A DNA stretch of 64,000 bases from Candidatus Polarisedimenticolaceae bacterium (GCA_036274395.1 DASUFT010000057.1:79-64078); one strand, 5' to 3'; counted from the stretch's first letter, positions 46,252 to 57,169 are shown. Notes: generated by a model from the letters alone, not told the origin. A program made the numbers and translations.

Positions 46252-47394
46252 TCATTCCTCGATCGTCCGCCACGCGCGCGTGCCCGTGCCGCCATCCTCC
46301 ACCACCCGGAACGTCACCGCGGCCAGGGCCCGGCCGTCGTCGGTCTCCGCCGTCACCCGCCACCGCCCCGGCTCGAAGTTGGATTTCACGGCGTAGGCCC
46401 GGAAACCCCTGGCGCGCCCCCCCACCACGGGGAGGCGGATGCGATCGCGGGTGCGCCATCCCCCCTCCCCGCCCCTGGACTCCCAGCGCGCGTAGACCGC
46501 GTGCCGGAACCGCGTGGGGGCGAAGACGCGGACGAAGTAGTGCAGGCGGTCGCCCGGACGCGTCCGGAACGGGCGCGAGTCCTGCCTCCAGAAGAGATGG
46601 AGGGGCGGTTTCTGATAGGTGAGGAGGAACGCGCTGTCCTGCCGCAGAACGTCGTGGTAGATCCCCTGGAACTGCACGGAGAGCGGAACGGGCGGGATCA
46701 GGCGAAAGACGTAGAGTCCGCCGATGAGGAGGCAGACGGTGAGGGCAGGGAGGAACAGGCGAGCGCGGACCGCCCTCCGATCGGCCGCGGGCGCCGCCAG
46801 CCGGTCCGCCACCAGCCACACCACTCCGGCGGAGAGGGAGAGCGCGAGCAGGAACACCCAGCCGGACATGCGGCCGATCAGGAGGGGAACGAAGTAGTTG
46901 AGGAACGAGATCACGCAGAAGGCGTAGAGGCCGAGGCGGAGCCGATACCCTGCGCGCCGGACCTGCGGCATCTCGTTGAGGAACATCAGGGCCACCAGGA
47001 GGAGGAAGAAGACCAGCGGCCGCGCCCGCGTGCTGCTCTTCAGGTAGAGCACCACGTACGCGCTGAGCAGTCCGCCATAGAAGAAGTGGAGGACCTCGAC
47101 GTTGTGGGCCCAGAGCCGCCCCACCGGGGCCGGCGGCTCCCATTGACCGCGCGCTTCGCGATGCTGGTAGAGGAGGAGGACCGTGAGGGCGGCGAGATAG
47201 AAGAGCTGGATGGCCAGGTCCGTCCAGGCGTCGATGCGGCGCATGGTGGCGAGGTCGAACAGGAACCCCGCGGCGAACATCACCACGTTGGAGTGGCGGC
47301 GCAGGAGATGCAGGGTGCTCAATCGGCCGGCACGCAGGAGAAGGCGGCGCTCGCGAGGACGCGGCCCTCGGGATCGCGTGCCTCCACCGTCCAC
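46252..47394 (-). CDS. Multi-pass membrane protein with a C-terminal DUF2914-like domain (about 380 aa, start uncertain)
   Basis: At least 6 hydrophobic segments are present (LAIQLFYLAALTVLLLY, LVFFLLLVALMFL, LGLYAFCVISFLNYFVPLLIG, WVFLLALSLSAGVVWLV, LFLPALTVCLLIGGLYVF). The C-terminal pattern is YARWESR...GWRTRDRIRL...GRWRVTAETDDGRALAAVTFRV. The listed start at 47394 overlaps the upstream gene by 76 nt. The ATG at 47280 is an alternative. Confidence 0.75.
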   Translation of the reverse strand: MDGGGTRSRGPRPRERRLLLRAGRLSTLHLLRRHSNVVMFAAGFLFDLATMRRIDAWTDLAIQLFYLAALTVLLLYQHREARGQWEPPAPVGRLWAHNVEVLHFFYGGLLSAYVVLYLKSSTRARPLVFFLLLVALMFLNEMPQVRRAGYRLRLGLYAFCVISFLNYFVPLLIGRMSGWVFLLALSLSAGVVWLVADRLAAPAADRRAVRARLFLPALTVCLLIGGLYVFRLIPPVPLSVQFQGIYHDVLRQDSAFLLTYQKPPLHLFWRQDSRPFRTRPGDRLHYFVRVFAPTRFRHAVYARWESRGGEGGWRTRDRIRLPVVGGRARGFRAYAVKSNFEPGRWRVTAETDDGRALAAVTFRVVEDGGTGTRAWRTIEE

Positions 47395-48233
47395 TCACCG
47401 GTGGAGCCTTCCGGGAGCAGGCGGCGGCTCTGCGTGCGCCACTGTGCCGCATTCACGTTCAGCTCCGCCTCGGCGATGGACCGGCCCCCGTACCGCCACA
47501 CGTGCAGGATCTTGTCTCCGGGACGGCCGCCGGCCACGTGGGTCCAGAACCACACGACCGTCCCCTCCCGGAACTGGTGCCCACGGCCCACCAGGCGATG
47601 GTGGAGAACGTTCGTGCCGACGCCGAACTCCCCGACCGTCAAGTGGCCCGCGCTCGATGCGGCCGGAGCGGGCACCTCGGGTGGCGGTGAGGGCTCGGGC
47701 GGGCGCGGCGCGACCGCCACGGGCGCGATGGAGGGCGCGCGCTCCACCCGCGGCGGGGCCTCGGGGATGGTCTCGTGCCAGAAGGTCCAGAAAAGAAGGG
47801 CGGCGACCCCCGCTCCGCTCAGGCCCAGCGCGATCCACTTGATTCTCGATCGCACCCGGCCGGCCTGGATTCCCTGACTCTGCGCGAGCTTCTCCAGGAA
47901 GGCCCTGGCCGCATCCTGTGCGTCCCGGCCGCGCAGCGACGCGTCGTCGAATCCCGCAATCCGCCGCTCCCGCGCGTAGGCCTGCAGCAGGTGCTCCGGG
48001 TCCAGGCCGAGGTACTGCGCGTAGGTGCGAAGGTACCCGCGCGTGAACACGTCCGCGGGGAGGGAGTCCCAGTCGTGGCGCTCCAGGGCGTGGAGATAGC
48101 GCAGCTGGATCCTGGTTTCCTCGGACACCTGCTCGAGCACGGCATTGCGGTGCTCCCGTGCCATGCGGAGCTGGTCACCGAGCCGCGTCACACCATCACG
48201 CGCACCACGGCGTGCCCGCGCGCTCGCGTGCAT
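47319..48233 (-). CDS. RodZ-like HTH membrane protein with a C-terminal DUF2914-like domain (304 aa)
   Basis: The start was trimmed to MHASARARRG (ATG at 48233). LGDQLRMAREHRNAVLEQVSEETRIQLRYLHALERHDWDSLPADVFTRGYLRTYAQYLGLD matches the RodZ-type HTH pattern. A TM segment (WIALGLSGAGVAALLFW) and a Pro-rich linker follow. The C-terminus reads ILHVWRYGGRSIAEAELNVNAAQWRTQSRR...GEWTVEARDPEGRVLASAAF. Confidence 0.8.
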   Translation of the reverse strand: MHASARARRGARDGVTRLGDQLRMAREHRNAVLEQVSEETRIQLRYLHALERHDWDSLPADVFTRGYLRTYAQYLGLDPEHLLQAYARERRIAGFDDASLRGRDAQDAARAFLEKLAQSQGIQAGRVRSRIKWIALGLSGAGVAALLFWTFWHETIPEAPPRVERAPSIAPVAVAPRPPEPSPPPEVPAPAASSAGHLTVGEFGVGTNVLHHRLVGRGHQFREGTVVWFWTHVAGGRPGDKILHVWRYGGRSIAEAELNVNAAQWRTQSRRLLPEGSTGEWTVEARDPEGRVLASAAFSCVPAD

Positions 48234-48409
48234 GGCGCCGCGGCTGGACACGGCCACGGTGGACGGCAACGCCCCGGTTTCCCCCTTCAATGGATGCGCC
48301 TCGCCTCCAGGAGGGGATTCCCGCAAGGACCGTGCCCCGGCAGGGGAGGGGCCCCCTCGAACAGGACGGAGGGTTCCACGCATTCAATGCCGTCATCGCC
48401 GGCGCCAGA

Positions 48410-51070
48410 TCATGGACAGGCGACGCCGTCCCGCGGGCTCCCGTGACTGGCGGCGCCGTAGGTGCCGGTCCCGCACGCATTGCGGGCGCGGACGAGGTAC
48501 CAGAAGGCGGAACCGGGCGGGGGCACCGTGACGTCGGCGATCGAAGACGACGTGATGCCCGAGGCGAGACACGCATCCGAGGCCCCGCCCACCGGGAGTT
48601 CTCCCACGACACCGCGCAGGACCTGATGCTGCGTACCGGAACCGGCCCCGGGCGCCGCCGAGATCCAGGACAGCGTGGCGCGATCATCGCCGAAGGAGAG
48701 ACCGGCGACCTCGCCGGGGGCCGCGAACACGGCGGGGTCGTCGAGGCGGCAGTCCGCGAGGTTGTGGGTCCCGTCCCCGTCCGCGTCGGCGGGGCCGAGC
48801 TGATCGAGGTCGAAGACGAACATCGATCGTCCGTGAGTCCCGGCGAAGAGCTGGCGCGAGGGATGGACGAGATCGAGGTCGGGAACGACGACGCTGGGCA
48901 GCCCCGCTCCCAGCAGCGACCACGACGCTCCGTAATCATCGGTGACGAAGACGCCGAGATCGCTTCCCACGAAGAGGCGGCCGCGCATGGCCGGATCGGG
49001 GTCGGCGTTCACGCAGTTGAGGGGGACGTCGGGCAGGCCGGCACCGATGTCGGCCCAGGTCGCCCCGAAGTCGAGGGTGCGGAAGATCCTGGGAAGGGGC
49101 GAGCCGTGGTGATAGCCGGAGTAAGTGACGTAGGCGGACGAGATGGAGAACGGGTCGGCCTCGACGCGCGTCACCCACTCCGCGCGGCCGGGCACGTCCA
49201 CCCGCGTCCACGATGCCCCGCCGTTCTCGGTGACCCAGAGGTTGCCGTCGTCCGTCCCTGCCCAGACGACGTTCAGGCTCAGGGGGGACGCGGCGATCGT
49301 CGTCACCGTCCCCTCCGCCACGTTCTCGACATGATCTCTGACCTCGGTGCCGGCTCGCCTGGCGGAGACGGAGGAGGAGGGGGAGGCATGAGCGAGGGCG
49401 GGGGCACCGTCGGTGAGGTCGGCGCTGATGGGCTCCCAGTGCGCGGCACCGTCCACCGAGCGGTAGACCCGGTCGGTCCCGGCGTAGAGGCGCTGTGCCG
49501 TCCTGGGGTCGTGGACGATGGGAGCGTTCCAGTTCTTCCGGTCGTTCTGGTTGATTCCCTGTTCCCCGTACTCGAAGGTGTCGCCCCCGTTGGTGGAACG
49601 CCGGATGTTGCCGTGCGCGGACTCGCAGTAGACGCGGAGGTGCTCGACCGGGTCGACCTCGCACTGGAACCCGTCACTGGCCAGGATGTTGTTCCAGCTT
49701 CCCGATCCTCCGTCGATCGTGCGGAGCGTCCCCATGTCCTGCGAGCCGCCGTAGCGCCGGTCCGGGTCCACGGGGTCGATGCCGAGATCGTAGAACTGGG
49801 TCACCGCCATGGAGGGCGCGTGCGTCCACGTGCTCCCCAGGTCGGTGCTTCGATAGAAGCCGCCGTCGTTCGCGAGGTAGAGGCGGTCGGGCAGGATCAC
49901 CAGGTCGTGGTGGTCCGCGTACCCGGCGAAGGAAAGGGCGAAGCTCTGCGCCCCGTCCGTCGAGCGCAGCCAGTCCATGTCCAGGACGTAGACGACGCTG
50001 GCGTCGGCCGGATCGACGCGGATCTGTCCGCAGTAGCCCGGGTACCCCCCGAATGCCTGCCTGGCCCCGGACGCGCTCCGTCGTGACCAGCTCTGCCCGC
50101 CGTCGGTCGTCCGGTAGACGCCCATCGGCTTCCCCTCATCGTCGGTGTAGAGGGCGTAGACGGTCTGCGGGCTGGACCTCGCGATGGCGAGGCCGATGCG
50201 TCCGACGTCGGCGGCGCTCGCGGGCAAGCCGCCGCCGAGCCGGGTCCAGGTGTCGCCGCCGTCCAGCGATCGCCAGATCCCGCTGTGGAACCCGGAGGGA
50301 ACCCACTGGGTCGGCGTGCTGAAGTGCTCCCAGATGGCAGCGTAGATCCGCGACGGGTTCGAGGGGTCGATCGCCACGTCGATGGCGCCCGCCGTGGGTG
50401 CGACGAACAGCACGTTCGTCCAGGTCGTGCCGCCGTCGAGCGTGCGGTAGACGCCCCGCCAGGTGTCGCTGACGTAGACGTTCCCCGCCGCCGCCACGAA
50501 GACGCGCTGCGGGTTCACGGGGTCGATGGCGATCCGACCGATCCGTCTGGTGGCTTCAAGTCCCAGGTGCTGCCAGGTGAGCCCGCCGTCGAGCGTGCGG
50601 TAGACGCCGTCGCCGTCGTAGGAGTAGCCCGCGCCATTGGCCTCCCCCAGACCCACGTAGACGATGGCGGAGCTGGTGGGATGCGTCGCGAGGGCGCCCA
50701 CGTTCAGGACCGGCTGGGCGTCGAACACCGGAGTCCAGGTGTTCCCCGCGTCACGGGACTCGAACACGCCACCGGCCGCGCCACCCGCCCAGACGTGGTC
50801 CCGGTCGTTGGGGTCCACCGCGAGAGAGGTCAGCCGGCCGCCCACGTTCGTCGGTCCCGCGGGAACCCAGGTCCCGGGAGCGCGCGGCAGCGCCGCCCTG
50901 CGGTACCGGGCGTCGGCCGGGATGGGATCGCCGCCGGACAGGCGCTGCCGGGCGAACCACGACGCCGCCGGAGGGCGCCCGCCCTGGTCGAGGTCCGGGG
51001 GGCGGTGGACGGTGCACGCGGTGGCGCCCAGCACAAATACCGCGAGAAGACACCTGCGGAGCATCGTCAC
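48410..51070 (-). CDS. Sortilin/VPS10- or GH74-like BNR (Asp-box) double beta-propeller lipoprotein (886 aa) with the shared C-terminal module
   Basis: The lipobox is VLGATAC. Twelve Asp-box-like motifs are present: [88 protein letters not shown] and TDDYGASW. The C-terminus reads ...[34 protein letters not shown]-stop. Confidence 0.88.
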   Translation of the reverse strand: MTMLRRCLLAVFVLGATACTVHRPPDLDQGGRPPAASWFARQRLSGGDPIPADARYRRAALPRAPGTWVPAGPTNVGGRLTSLAVDPNDRDHVWAGGAAGGVFESRDAGNTWTPVFDAQPVLNVGALATHPTSSAIVYVGLGEANGAGYSYDGDGVYRTLDGGLTWQHLGLEATRRIGRIAIDPVNPQRVFVAAAGNVYVSDTWRGVYRTLDGGTTWTNVLFVAPTAGAIDVAIDPSNPSRIYAAIWEHFSTPTQWVPSGFHSGIWRSLDGGDTWTRLGGGLPASAADVGRIGLAIARSSPQTVYALYTDDEGKPMGVYRTTDGGQSWSRRSASGARQAFGGYPGYCGQIRVDPADASVVYVLDMDWLRSTDGAQSFALSFAGYADHHDLVILPDRLYLANDGGFYRSTDLGSTWTHAPSMAVTQFYDLGIDPVDPDRRYGGSQDMGTLRTIDGGSGSWNNILASDGFQCEVDPVEHLRVYCESAHGNIRRSTNGGDTFEYGEQGINQNDRKNWNAPIVHDPRTAQRLYAGTDRVYRSVDGAAHWEPISADLTDGAPALAHASPSSSVSARRAGTEVRDHVENVAEGTVTTIAASPLSLNVVWAGTDDGNLWVTENGGASWTRVDVPGRAEWVTRVEADPFSISSAYVTYSGYHHGSPLPRIFRTLDFGATWADIGAGLPDVPLNCVNADPDPAMRGRLFVGSDLGVFVTDDYGASWSLLGAGLPSVVVPDLDLVHPSRQLFAGTHGRSMFVFDLDQLGPADADGDGTHNLADCRLDDPAVFAAPGEVAGLSFGDDRATLSWISAAPGAGSGTQHQVLRGVVGELPVGGASDACLASGITSSSIADVTVPPPGSAFWYLVRARNACGTGTYGAASHGSPRDGVACP

Positions 51071-51200
51071 GGCCAGAAGCGTACGCGCAAAAAGGGCCGC
51101 CGGGAGGCCCGAGGTGACCTCGCCCGCTCACCCGCTCCCACATCCGCTGTTGGGTTCGCCTCCCGCCGCCGTTAAGGGATGGGTGAGGGAGGGGCTGACG

Positions 51201-54200
51201 ATGCAAGGAGCGCAATCCGTCCCACAGGCAGCAACTTGTGTCTTCCGCTCGGCGCTTGGGGTCCTCGCCCTCGTTGCGGCGGCGGGCAGGGCAACCCCGG
51301 CCAGTGCCCAAAGCTATGCGTACGTCGGGATCGCGGGCGTCGAGCCCGCCGCGGAGGGAGCTCCGCCAGCCCACGTGGTGGCCCTGGGGGCCGGAGACTT
51401 CGACGGAGACGGTGTGCCGGACCTCGTCTCCGGTCTGGCAGCGGAAGGCAAAGGGGCACTGGCGCTGCATCGCGGGGCCGTCGATGTGCTCGGAGTCGTT
51501 GGCGGCACCACCGCCATACCCTTTCTTCCCGGCGTTCGCATCGCCGACGTGCCCGTGGTGCCCGAGCTCCTGGGCACCGGGGACTTCGACGCCGACGGCG
51601 ACGTGGACTTGCTGACCGCGGCCCGAGGAGGCCGGACGCTCTTCCTCTTTCCCGGAGACGGTCACGGTCGGTTCGAGAACGTCCGTCGGGTCCACCTGCC
51701 GGGATCGGTGACGGCGCTCCAGGTCGGCGAGATCAACCAGGCGGACGGCCTGCCCGATCTTCTCGTCGGCGTGCGCTCCACCCTGGGAGCGCAGCTTCTC
51801 GTCTTCGAATCGCCCCGGGGCGCGGTGGAAGACCGTCCCGAGGTCTTCGATCTTCCGGCCGAAGCGAAGGCTCTGGCCCTGGGGCGGCTGGACGACGATC
51901 ACCTCGTGGACCTCGCCGTCGCCAGCGGCGATCACCTCGTCCTGCTGCGGGGCCGGAATCGGCGCCTGTCCCTCGATGCGCGGCTGCAGGAAGAGGTCGG
52001 CCGACCGACCCTGGCCGTGCGCTCTCTTCCCTTCCCTCTCGCTTCCGTCGCGGTGGTCCAGCGCACGGAGGGCGCCGGCTCCGAGGTCGTGGTCCTCTCC
52101 GGTGAGGGCAGGATGGAGATCCTGGACACCGAGCGGCTGCGCTCGGTCTTCGCACCCGGTGACTGGCGCACTCGGCCGGTCGGGGCCTCCGATCCTCGGC
52201 GGCGGGCCATGGCCGCGCAGCTGGCGCAGGCTCGACTGACCGCAGCCTCCCGCGAGGCGCTGCGCTCGAGCGTGGGGCTCGGGATCGACCAGGGGAGCCC
52301 GGTGACGGCTCTCCTCCCCATGCGGCTGAACGGAGATGCGCTCACCGATTATCTGATCGCCCATGCCGAGGGCGGCGATACCGCGACGGCAGCGGTGACG
52401 GTGCCGTCGTCGACCTTCACGGTGACCACGACCAGTGACAGCGGCACGGGATCCCTGCGGAGCGCGATCTCCCTGGCCAACCAGACCCCGGGCGCCGATC
52501 TCATCGCCTTCGCCATTGGAACCGGGCTCCAGACCATCAACGTCCTTTCCGCGCTGCCTGCGATCACGGAGACGCTCGTCATCGATGGGACCACCCAGCC
52601 CGGGTTCTCCGGCACCCCGCTGATCATGCTCAACGGAACCCTGGCCGGGGCAACCTCGAGCGGTCTGCGCATCAACGCTCCCAGCTGTCTCCTGCGCGGC
52701 CTGATCGTGAGCGGCTTCAAGGACAACGGGATCCTCGTCTCGGGTGCGGCGGCGAGGGGGAACGTGATCGAGGGGTGCTACGCGGGCACCGACGCCACCG
52801 GCACGAGTGCCTTGGCCAACGGCGACGACGGCATCGAGATCGGCGGCAACGCCCAGGCCACCATCGGCGGCACCGTGACCAGCGCCCGCAACGTCATCTC
52901 CGGGAATGCCTGGGACGGGGTGTACGTGGACGGCGTGGGCGGGACCGGCGGCAGCGTCGTCCAGGGGAACTTCATCGGGGTGGACGCGACGGGAACGGCG
53001 GCCCTGGGGAACGGGTACCACCCGCAGGGCTTCTTCATGGGGATCGAGCTGGCCAGCGGCACGGATGGCAACGTCATCGGCGGGACGGCGGCAGGGGCGG
53101 GCAATGTGGTGTCGGGCAACGCCTTCATCGGCGTGGGGATCTTCCAGCCCGATTCCAGCGGCAACCTGATCCAGGGGAACAGGATCGGGACCAACGCCGC
53201 GGGGACCGCCGCCGTCGCCAATGTCTATGGCGTCGCCATGCGCTTCGGGCCCCGGAACAACCTGGTGGGAGGCACCGTCGTCTCCGCCCGCAACGTCATC
53301 TCCGGGAACTCGCGGAACTGCTGCAACACCACCCGGGACGGGATCCTGATCGATTCCACCAGCGCGCCGGGGGACACCAGGGACAACGTCGTGCAGGGCA
53401 ACTACATCGGCACCGACGTGAGCGGCACCGCCGCGCTGGCCAACGGGATGCACGGGGTGGAGCTCGCCTTCGGCACGCTGGCGAACACGGTGGGGGGGAC
53501 CGGGGACGGCGCCGGCAACGTCATCTCCGGGAACCTCCAGATGGGCGTGGGGATCTTCAACCCGGGGACGAACAGCAATTACGTCCAGGGGAACGCCATC
53601 GGACTGAGCGCCACGGCCGGCCTGGCATCCCGGGCGGCCGCCCCTGCGCGGGCGGACATCTTCGTGGAGGCCTCGCCGGGAACAGAGACCGATGCGGCGG
53701 TGGCTCTCGAGGATGGCGAGGTCACGGCCGAGGCGGCATCCAGCGCGGGCCGGCCCAGAAATGGGTTCGCGGTGGACCGGGAAGCGGTCGAGGGGAAAGC
53801 GACGCGGAATGACGTCCTCGAGGGAGGGGCGGACCTCGTCACCAACGGGCCCGCTGCCGGACAGGGATCCGGCGCCGCGGCCCCCCCTCACGCCGTCGGC
53901 AATCTCATCGCCGGAGTGGGGATCTTCTCCGGTGCCAAGAACAACGTGGTGGGCGGATCGGCACATGCAGCGGCAAACGTCATCTCGGGCAATCCCAACG
54001 ACGGGGTGCTCCTCACGCAGAACGGGACCAGCGACAACGTGGTGCAGGGGAACCTCATCGGAACCGACCCCGCCGGGAGCACCGCGATCCCCAACGGCTT
54101 CGCCGGGGTCGAGATCGCCTTCGGCGCGACCCTCAATGTGGTCGGAGGCACCCTCGCCGCGGAGGGGAACGTGATCGCCGGCAACACCAGCGTGGGCGTG

Positions 54201-55886
54201 GGGATCTTCAACCCGGGCACCAACTACAATCGTCTGGAAAGCAACCGGATCGGCACGCAAGGGGACGGCATCGCGCCCCTGGGAAACGGCTCGCACGGGG
54301 TGACGGTCACGAACTCGGCGGGGGCAGCCAACACCATCGGCGGTCCGCCGAACACAATCGCGTACAACGGAGGGGCCGGAGTGTGGGTGGCCGCCGGTTC
54401 CCCGAACCCGACGCTGGAGAGGATCAGCGGCAACGCCATCTTCTCCAACGGAGGCCTGGGGATCGACCTCGAGCCGGCAGGCATCGACGTCAACGATGCC
54501 TGCGACGCCGACGGCGGGCCGAATGGCCGCCAGAACGCTCCTGTCCTCACGTCGGCCACGATCTATCTGGGGAGTGTGACGGTGGAGGGAACGCTCGACA
54601 GTACTCCCAACGACGCCTTCACCATCGAGCTCTTCGCGAGTGACGCCTGTGATCCTTCCGGCTACGGAGAGGGGCAGGGCTACCTGGGTTCGCTCACGCT
54701 CGGGTTCTCACAGACCTGCGCCAGGAGTTTCCAGGTCACCTTGCCGGAGGCTCCTGGCACGTCGGTCACGGCGACCGCGACCAGCCTGGACGGGAGCACG
54801 TCGGAGTTCTCGAACTGCATCCCGGTGACCTGCTTCGATTCGGACGGGGACGGCGCCTGCGAGATCGCCGACAACTGTCCATCCGTCGCCAACGCGGACC
54901 AGGCCGACCTCGACGGCGACGGACGGGGGGACGCATGCGACAACTGCGCGCTGGCGGCCAACCCGGATCAGGCCGACTCCGACGTCGTGCTGGAAAGCGT
55001 CATCCGCCAGTGGGCGGCCACGGCGATCGCCAGCAGCGAATACTCGAGCACCGACTATGGGGCGGTCCAGGCCACCGGGACGCCGGAAGCACCGGGAGCC
55101 TGCGCCGATCTGCCCACGAGCTGGTCCCCCCTCACCTCGGAAGCCACACTGGAATGGATCGAGCTCGGCTACGCGACACCGGTGCGTGCGCGGAGCGTCG
55201 AGGTCCACGAGAAGCTGGAGGCTCCCTTCGTCACCGGGATCGACGTGCGGGACACGCAGGGCGCGCTGCACACGGTCTGGGCGGCGACGGACTCCACGAG
55301 CTGCGGAAGCGTGCTCGTGGCCTCGTTCCCCGAGGTGCCGTATCTCGTCCAGGGTGTCGTGGTGCGCACCGCGAAGCCGGGGTGGGAGGAGATCGACGCC
55401 GTGGAGCTGGTGGGGGTCGCCGTGGGCGTGGGGACGACGCCGGCGCCGGACGGGGTGGGAGACGTCTGCGACAACTGTCCGGAAAGGAACAATCCCGCCC
55501 AGGCCGACGCCGACGATGACGGCGCCGGAGACATCTGCGATTGTGCGCCGGCGGATCCCGCCGCCACCGGCCCCGGCGAGGTGACGGGGTTGCAGCTGGG
55601 CTCGCCGCTCCCCGGCGTGACGCGGCTGACCTGGGCGGGCACGGCGGGCGCCGACGACTACGGCATCACGCGCGGACTGCTGTCGAACCTGACCGGTGGG
55701 GCCTACGGCAGCTGCCTCACCCAGGGCCTCACCGCGACCTCCTACGACGACGGGACGGCTCCGCCCCTCGGCAACGGCTTCGCCTATCTTCTCCAGGCCC
55801 GGGGGGCGGCCTGCGGATGGGGCTCGCTGGGGAGCGACTCCGCGGGTCTGCCTCGGGTCAACGGAGATCCCGAGGCATGTCCGTGA
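51201..55886 (+). CDS. Giant secreted protein (1561 aa): FG-GAP/VCBS-like repeats, a CSLREA-type entry motif with long right-handed parallel beta-helix repeats, TSP3 repeats, a galactose-binding-like domain and the shared C-terminal module
   Basis: The start was trimmed to [36 protein letters not shown] (ATG at 51201). [12 protein letters not shown] and [12 protein letters not shown] are FG-GAP-like. [23 protein letters not shown] is followed by more than 15 units of the type NVISGN...GV.I......N.VQGN.IGTD..GT.A..N. TSP3 units read [24 protein letters not shown]. The C-terminus reads ...[38 protein letters not shown]-stop. Confidence 0.88.
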   Translation: MQGAQSVPQAATCVFRSALGVLALVAAAGRATPASAQSYAYVGIAGVEPAAEGAPPAHVVALGAGDFDGDGVPDLVSGLAAEGKGALALHRGAVDVLGVVGGTTAIPFLPGVRIADVPVVPELLGTGDFDADGDVDLLTAARGGRTLFLFPGDGHGRFENVRRVHLPGSVTALQVGEINQADGLPDLLVGVRSTLGAQLLVFESPRGAVEDRPEVFDLPAEAKALALGRLDDDHLVDLAVASGDHLVLLRGRNRRLSLDARLQEEVGRPTLAVRSLPFPLASVAVVQRTEGAGSEVVVLSGEGRMEILDTERLRSVFAPGDWRTRPVGASDPRRRAMAAQLAQARLTAASREALRSSVGLGIDQGSPVTALLPMRLNGDALTDYLIAHAEGGDTATAAVTVPSSTFTVTTTSDSGTGSLRSAISLANQTPGADLIAFAIGTGLQTINVLSALPAITETLVIDGTTQPGFSGTPLIMLNGTLAGATSSGLRINAPSCLLRGLIVSGFKDNGILVSGAAARGNVIEGCYAGTDATGTSALANGDDGIEIGGNAQATIGGTVTSARNVISGNAWDGVYVDGVGGTGGSVVQGNFIGVDATGTAALGNGYHPQGFFMGIELASGTDGNVIGGTAAGAGNVVSGNAFIGVGIFQPDSSGNLIQGNRIGTNAAGTAAVANVYGVAMRFGPRNNLVGGTVVSARNVISGNSRNCCNTTRDGILIDSTSAPGDTRDNVVQGNYIGTDVSGTAALANGMHGVELAFGTLANTVGGTGDGAGNVISGNLQMGVGIFNPGTNSNYVQGNAIGLSATAGLASRAAAPARADIFVEASPGTETDAAVALEDGEVTAEAASSAGRPRNGFAVDREAVEGKATRNDVLEGGADLVTNGPAAGQGSGAAAPPHAVGNLIAGVGIFSGAKNNVVGGSAHAAANVISGNPNDGVLLTQNGTSDNVVQGNLIGTDPAGSTAIPNGFAGVEIAFGATLNVVGGTLAAEGNVIAGNTSVGVGIFNPGTNYNRLESNRIGTQGDGIAPLGNGSHGVTVTNSAGAANTIGGPPNTIAYNGGAGVWVAAGSPNPTLERISGNAIFSNGGLGIDLEPAGIDVNDACDADGGPNGRQNAPVLTSATIYLGSVTVEGTLDSTPNDAFTIELFASDACDPSGYGEGQGYLGSLTLGFSQTCARSFQVTLPEAPGTSVTATATSLDGSTSEFSNCIPVTCFDSDGDGACEIADNCPSVANADQADLDGDGRGDACDNCALAANPDQADSDVVLESVIRQWAATAIASSEYSSTDYGAVQATGTPEAPGACADLPTSWSPLTSEATLEWIELGYATPVRARSVEVHEKLEAPFVTGIDVRDTQGALHTVWAATDSTSCGSVLVASFPEVPYLVQGVVVRTAKPGWEEIDAVELVGVAVGVGTTPAPDGVGDVCDNCPERNNPAQADADDDGAGDICDCAPADPAATGPGEVTGLQLGSPLPGVTRLTWAGTAGADDYGITRGLLSNLTGGAYGSCLTQGLTATSYDDGTAPPLGNGFAYLLQARGAACGWGSLGSDSAGLPRVNGDPEACP

Positions 55887-55909
55887 GCCCGGGGAACTCG
55901 CCGGCTCAC
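55883..55909. terminator. Imperfect hairpin between the convergent beta-helix and XRE-TPR genes
   Basis: gtgagcccgg ... ccggctcac forms 9 bp with one bulge. It overlaps the TGA of the plus-strand gene. There is no U-tract, so support is weak. Confidence 0.3.
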
Positions 55910-55972
55910 TAGGGCGTGAGCAGCGGCTCCGAGGGAGAATCCGGGCCGGCGTCGAATCCGCTGCGTCCGCAA

Positions 55973-57169
55973 CTACCTGTGCTTGTTGCCTCGACGGGGA
56001 CGGTTCTTCCGCGGAACCACGCGGTCCACGGCACGGCTCTCGGCGGTCCCCCCCTCGAACACCAGGGGATCCGGCTCGTGGTCCACGTAGCGCTGGAACT
56101 GCTCGGCCGCGTGTCGCTCGACGTCCGCGCGCTCGGTGTCGCCCACCAGGGAGAAGGCCATGGACAGGTAGTGGTGGGCGAGGTAGCGCGCGCTGGCGTT
56201 GTCTGCGGCGACTGCCTCGCTGAGCGCAACGCGCAGGGTCGCGATGGCCTCCTCTGACTGACGGCCCGCCAGCTGTGCCTGGCCGAGGAGCACGCGGGCC
56301 CCCGGCTGCAGGGCGGGGTACATGGCGGCAGCCTCCACCACCTGATTGGCCAAACGGATCGCCTGCCGGGCTTCGCCCAGGGCCAGGTGAATCCGGGCCA
56401 GCGTGACGTCGGCCTTGAAGACGCCGCGGTCGTCCTTGGCCTGGCGATAGAGGTCCCGGGCCCGCTTGAGGCTGTTGCGGGCCTCGGCGTAGTTCCGGCG
56501 ACTCAGCTCGATGAGAGCCCGTTCATGGGCAAGCCAGGCGGCCTCCCCGGGCTCGACGTGCGCACCGAAGGTCTCGGCTCTCCCGAGCATGGCCAGGGCG
56601 AGCTCATGGACGCCGAGGCGATTCCAGCAGCCCGCGAGCTGCACGAACACGCGCAGGAGCATGGCCGGCCCGAGCGGCTCCCTGAGGAGCTGCTCGAGGA
56701 GGTAGCGGGAGAGGCTGAAGCGGCCGAGGTTGGCCGCCACGAGCGCGAAGTGCAGCTGCGCCTTCCGTCTCAGCTCGTCGAACTGGGGTTTCCCCGCCAC
56801 CGCCTCCCGGAGAGCGTACATGTGGCCCAGAGCCTGTCCGATCTGACCCGCCCTCCACAGGCGCAGGGCCTCCTCGTAGAGAGCCTGAGGCTCCGCCTTC
56901 TTCGGGATCTCGGCGCGGAGCGTCTCCATGGAGACGACGTCCAGGGCCATTTCCTTCGGCAGGTCGTAGGCCTCCAGGAGCTGCTGGAAGCGCACCACGC
57001 CGGGGTCCACCCGGCCCTGCTCCACCTTCGCTAACGTGGTGAAAGGGATGACCTTCCCGTAGGTCTTGCTCCTCTCCTCCACCTCCCGGAGCGTGAGGTT
57101 CAGCTCCGATCGACGCTGCCGGAGCAGCCGGGCCAGGTCCTGGGAGGCTCGGATCGCAACGCGGGGCAT
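55973..57169 (-). CDS. XRE-family HTH plus TPR transcriptional regulator (398 aa)
   Basis: The start was trimmed to MPRVAIRASQDLARLLRQRRSELNLTLREVEERS (ATG at 57169, GGAGG upstream). The HTH_XRE pattern is followed by TPR-like helices (ALYEEALRLWRAGQIGQAL, ELSRRNYAEARNSLKRARDLY, ARIHLALGEARQAIRLANQ). Confidence 0.85.
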   Translation of the reverse strand: MPRVAIRASQDLARLLRQRRSELNLTLREVEERSKTYGKVIPFTTLAKVEQGRVDPGVVRFQQLLEAYDLPKEMALDVVSMETLRAEIPKKAEPQALYEEALRLWRAGQIGQALGHMYALREAVAGKPQFDELRRKAQLHFALVAANLGRFSLSRYLLEQLLREPLGPAMLLRVFVQLAGCWNRLGVHELALAMLGRAETFGAHVEPGEAAWLAHERALIELSRRNYAEARNSLKRARDLYRQAKDDRGVFKADVTLARIHLALGEARQAIRLANQVVEAAAMYPALQPGARVLLGQAQLAGRQSEEAIATLRVALSEAVAADNASARYLAHHYLSMAFSLVGDTERADVERHAAEQFQRYVDHEPDPLVFEGGTAESRAVDRVVPRKNRPRRGNKHR

